Below are positions 60,349 through 64,000 of a stretch of 64,000 nucleotides of DNA, piece after piece. Origin of the DNA: Parvularia atlantis (taxonomy: Eukaryota); NCBI GenBank assembly GCA_943704415.1, contig CALSCO010001328.1, positions 1 through 64,000 on the forward strand, read 5' to 3'. The notes below the pieces were generated by a model that saw nothing but the letters and a program-made list of their open reading frames with translations, did no database searches and was not told where the DNA came from. The position numbers and the translations under genes are program-made. Each line of letters opens with the position of its first letter. Within the stretch, counting starts at the first letter, position 1.

Positions 60349-63300
60349 ATGTACGGCGCAGCGTCACTCGAACGCTCCGCGCCTGGGCGCGCGAGCCGCG
60401 CGGGCGGGCCGGCCCTGTTGGAGCAGCTGCGGCAGCGCGAGACGCACGCGGGCGTGCGGCCGAGCACGCAGGTGCGTCGTGGCGTGGGCGCGGCGGGCGA
60501 CGGCGGCGACGGGATGTTTCTGGGGCGGGGCGCACCCGCCAAAGCACTCCCAGCGGCACGCGTGGCCGTGCCCGTTGTGTGCGGCGGCCAGGCGCACGGT
60601 CGCGCGCCGTCGCTGCCATTGGCGTGTGCGCAGCGTGACGGGCGGGTGGGGCACGGAGGCGGTGGGGCGGAGGGCGCCCGCGTGCGGCACCGTGTGCCAC
60701 GCGCACCGTGCTTACCAAACGCAACCAGACCCTCCTCGCGCGCGACTTCTACCTCAACGTGCACCCAAACAGCACCCTGGGCGACGTGCCCGTGCCGAGC
60801 TCGTGCGCCATCCGCAAGTTCACGCCCAACGGCCAGGTGGCCCCTCGCACGCCATCCGCCGCCGCGCCGGCACGTGGCTCACACGCGCGTGGGTTCAGAT
60901 GCTCGTCTGCTTCAGCCACAACCTGCACAACGTGACTGTTTTCGATGTTGCCTACCCGGCGATGCCGTCGACCGCGGGGCGCGCGCGGGCGGCGGCGGCG
61001 GCGGCGACGACAGCAGCAGCAGCAGCGGCGGCGGCGGGCGCGCGGCCGTGCGTTTCTGGCAGCACGCGCCGCCGTCGTGTGACTGACGGGCGGCCGCAGC
61101 GTGCCCGTCGTCGACAACGCCTTTGACCAGCTGTTCTCGCTGCGGTTCGACCGGGCGATGACGCAGGGCGATGAGGTGCTCTGCCGTGAGTTTTGCCTTA
61201 TGACGGACGACAGCCGCTTCGTGCGTGCTCACGCGTCGCGCGGCTGCACGTTGACGACGGAGCGCTGCGCAGATGATCCTCGCGTCGAGCGTGACATCGA
61301 CGGCGATCCCGGTGCCGCACCCGTACCAGAACCCGCTGTCGCTGCAGACTGCGCCCGCGCTCGAGGACATCCGGTTTATCGTCGTCGACCTCCACTCGGG
61401 CGAGGTGCGTCGGCCGCGGCTGCGTTGCTGCGTGTCTGTCGCTCACGCCCGCGCGTGCAGGTCTGCGACACGCGCATGTTCCCGTACGACTCGATTTTCC
61501 TCTCGAACCACGCGGGCGTGCACCTGCACAAAAACATCCTCGCCATTCTTTCGCTGCAGCACCAGATCATCCACATGCTGCAGATCAAGGCACGCGGCCG
61601 TGCTGTGCCATCGCTGCGCGCGCGGCGTCTGACGTTCACGTCGCGGCGCGCAGGACTCGGGCGCGCTGGTCGATCTGCGCCGCATCGGGCCGTACTGCTA
61701 CGACGACGACGAGCTGATGCTGCACGACACGTGCGCGCAGCCCGAGATGCCCGTGCCCGAGATGCGCTGGCACGCTCCTGGTGCGCGCACACGCACATGC
61801 GCACATGCCCGCGCTTGTGCCAACCTGGCGCTCTGCGGCGCAGTCACGACAGCGCTCGGCGTGAGCTGGCCCCCGACCATCGCCGGCAACATGAGCCCGC
61901 TGCGCGGGACTACGCCGACGCTGACCCCGCCGACGGCCACCGCCTTTGTCGACAGCAACCCGTTCCTCGTCCCACGCAACGCCGGGTCGCCGCTCCTCAG
62001 CCCGCCGATCGCCGCCGTGCCGGTCGCGCACGCGCTCCGGGCGTCGTCGCGGCCGCTCGTCGCGCGGTCGCACAGCACCGAGGGCCTCGCCGCGGCAGTG
62101 CCGGCGGCACCCGGAGCGCCCTCTTTGCGCGTTACCGCGAGCACCCTCGCCGAGCCGCCCGCCGAGCCGCCCGCCGAGCCGCCCGCCGCCGGCACCCACT
62201 TCCCCAACAACGCGTTCCGGCTGGGCGCGCCGTCGTCGGACCTGCTCGCGCGGCGCCTCCGACGCGCGGCCAGCTCTGGCAGCATCGCGACGCGGAATTC
62301 GCTCGTGCAGCTGGCCGGCAACGCGATCGCGGCACAGCTCGACGACGCCCAGCCCGACGGCGCCGATGCGCAGGCCGCGGCAGCGGTCGCGGCCCTACCG
62401 GCGTCAGGAGGGGTGCAGTCGTGGCCGTCGTTCTCGCCCCCGCTCGCTCGGCCGGTGCCGCCCCCGCCGCCGGGCGTGGCGCGGGTGGACACTGGCGGGG
62501 CAATGGCCATTGCTGCGCGATTGGGACCTCTGCCACCGGCGCGGCTGAGCATCCTCGCGTCAAGCGAAGATGGCTCGCGGCCATCGACGGCCAGCCCGTC
62601 CGAGCTCGAACCGCCGCCACCACCACCGGCTGCATCGGCCTTGGCTGTGCGCCCGCTGGCACCGGCACACCGCGCTGTGTTCAGCACTGCGGCCGAGCTG
62701 GAGGCTGCGCGCCGCGGCGCGGCGGGTGCAGGCGGCGTGCGACGCAGCCGCGCCGAGTTTGCCCCCGCTGAGAGCCTCGCATCGACGTCGCCGCGCAACG
62801 TGCGGCCGCGCCTGGACCTGGATGCGCAGGCGCGCACGGTGGTGACGCGTACGCACGCTGCGGACGCCGCCGACCCGTTGGCGGACGTGCTGCACGGTGC
62901 GTGATCCGCCACCGTGTCTGCGTCGCTGACACGCGCGCTCGGCAGTGGCGCCGCTGGTCCCGCGCCCGATCCTACCCGTCGCCGCGGCAACTGACGCGCC
63001 GGCGCTGGTGCGTCTTGACACGAGCCGGGCTCGTGTACGGCTGACGGCGTAAACGGCTGCAGGGCGCCAACACGGAGGCGGCGGTGATGTCGCCGGTGAT
63101 GCCGCCGTGGGCGGTGCGGCGGCTGCGCGACGCCGAGCTGCAAGCGCAGCAGCACCTGTCGCCGGCCACGTCCGACAGCTCAACCATGCCGCATGGCGAC
63201 CGCATGGCGACGTCGCCCGTGTCTGCGCGGCCCGCGGCGCCGCCGCCGGCGATCGTCGGGCTGCGGCAGCGCTTCCTCGCGTTCATCTTCCGCGCGGCGC

Positions 63301-64000
63301 TTGCCAATGACGCGTCCAGCGTGTGCGTTGCTGCTGCGCGAAGCTGCACGCAGGGCTAACGTATGCGCGCGCGCGAGCGTCGCGCGTTCACAGGCTGACG
63401 CTGCGGCAGTTTTACGTGCACTTTGACCAGCTGGCGCAGCTGGTGATGCACAAGATGCAGTTTCTGGACGCGGCACATCTGCTTATCAAGCTCGGCCCGC
63501 TCGACACGATCCACCAGCCGTCGCGGGTGTGCTTGCTGCGCTCGACCGCCGATCGCGTGCTGACGCGCAGGACGCAGAGCCAGGACCTGTCACAGTCGTC
63601 GTTCTTCATGGTGTACAACATCCACACGACCCGCGTGATCGCCGTGTTTGAGAGCTCGTCGGAGGTGCGCACGCGGGCGTGCGGCCCGAGGGCGCAGCGC
63701 GGCTCAGACCGGGCGCGCGAGCAGGAGCTGCTGCACCTGTACGAGGACCACGTCGACTACTTCCGCGTCGGGTGTTCGATGGGCCGGCACGAGAATATGA
63801 TCAACAGCTGCGCCAACAACGCGCAGACGCGCGAGCAGATGCAGCGGCACTTTGAGGCGACACGCGCGGGTGGGCGGCGCGGCGGGTGCGACTGCGCGTG
63901 CGTGGCGCGATGGCGCTCGTGGTCTGATGCGTGCGCCTCGCCTCGCCAGCAAAGCGCAGGCTATCCGGCGCGCTCTCTCTGGCCTGCCCTTCTCGCCGCA
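60349..64000 (+). CDS. DET1: De-etiolated 1 homolog (CRL4-DET1-COP1 adaptor), 3'-partial
   Basis: RDFYLNVHPNSTLGDVPVP...IRKFTPNG, LCREFCL, FPYDSIFLSNHAGVHL...LAILSLQHQIIH, IGPYCYDDD, GLRQRFLAFIF, MQFLDAAHLLIK and LSGLPFSP. Confidence 0.94.

Overview
This is eukaryotic nuclear DNA, not prokaryotic. It is very GC-rich, extremely gene-dense and packed with short introns (mostly about 50-80 nt, donor GTGCGY or GCRCGC, CTGAC/CTCAC-type branch site, YAG acceptor), so the supplied ORF track is largely misleading. Splicing by hand gives 20 host genes: eIF4A, PCGF, RRP9, a CH-DH-PH-PH RhoGEF, a Ygr210c-type GTPase, an Hst3/4-type sirtuin, COMMD6, NHE8, a giant HECT ligase, Dad1, an acid phosphatase, ARP6, TONSL-like, an inactive myotubularin, an acyl-CoA dehydrogenase, DRG1, a coiled-coil orphan, UVRAG, UTP25 and DET1. 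The mix of fungal-type and animal/plant-type genes suggests an early-branching opisthokont protist (inference). The standout is an intronless, disrupted gene at about 47410-48608. It reads as a bacterial polymorphic-toxin tip: a CdiA/Rhs-style Gly/Ala pre-toxin region fused to a VgrG3-C-like peptidoglycan muramidase. It carries three in-frame TAG codons and at least one frameshift, and it sits next to a bacterial-type, intron-filled acyl-CoA dehydrogenase ending in a PTS1. Other oddities are divergent start codons only 6-21 bp apart, tandem genes 31-33 bp apart, roughly 1 in 8 GC-AG introns plus one GG-AG candidate, a histone-H1-like tail on the sirtuin, and an FG-rich insert in the HECT ligase. 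All gene models are manual and unverified by transcripts or database searches.
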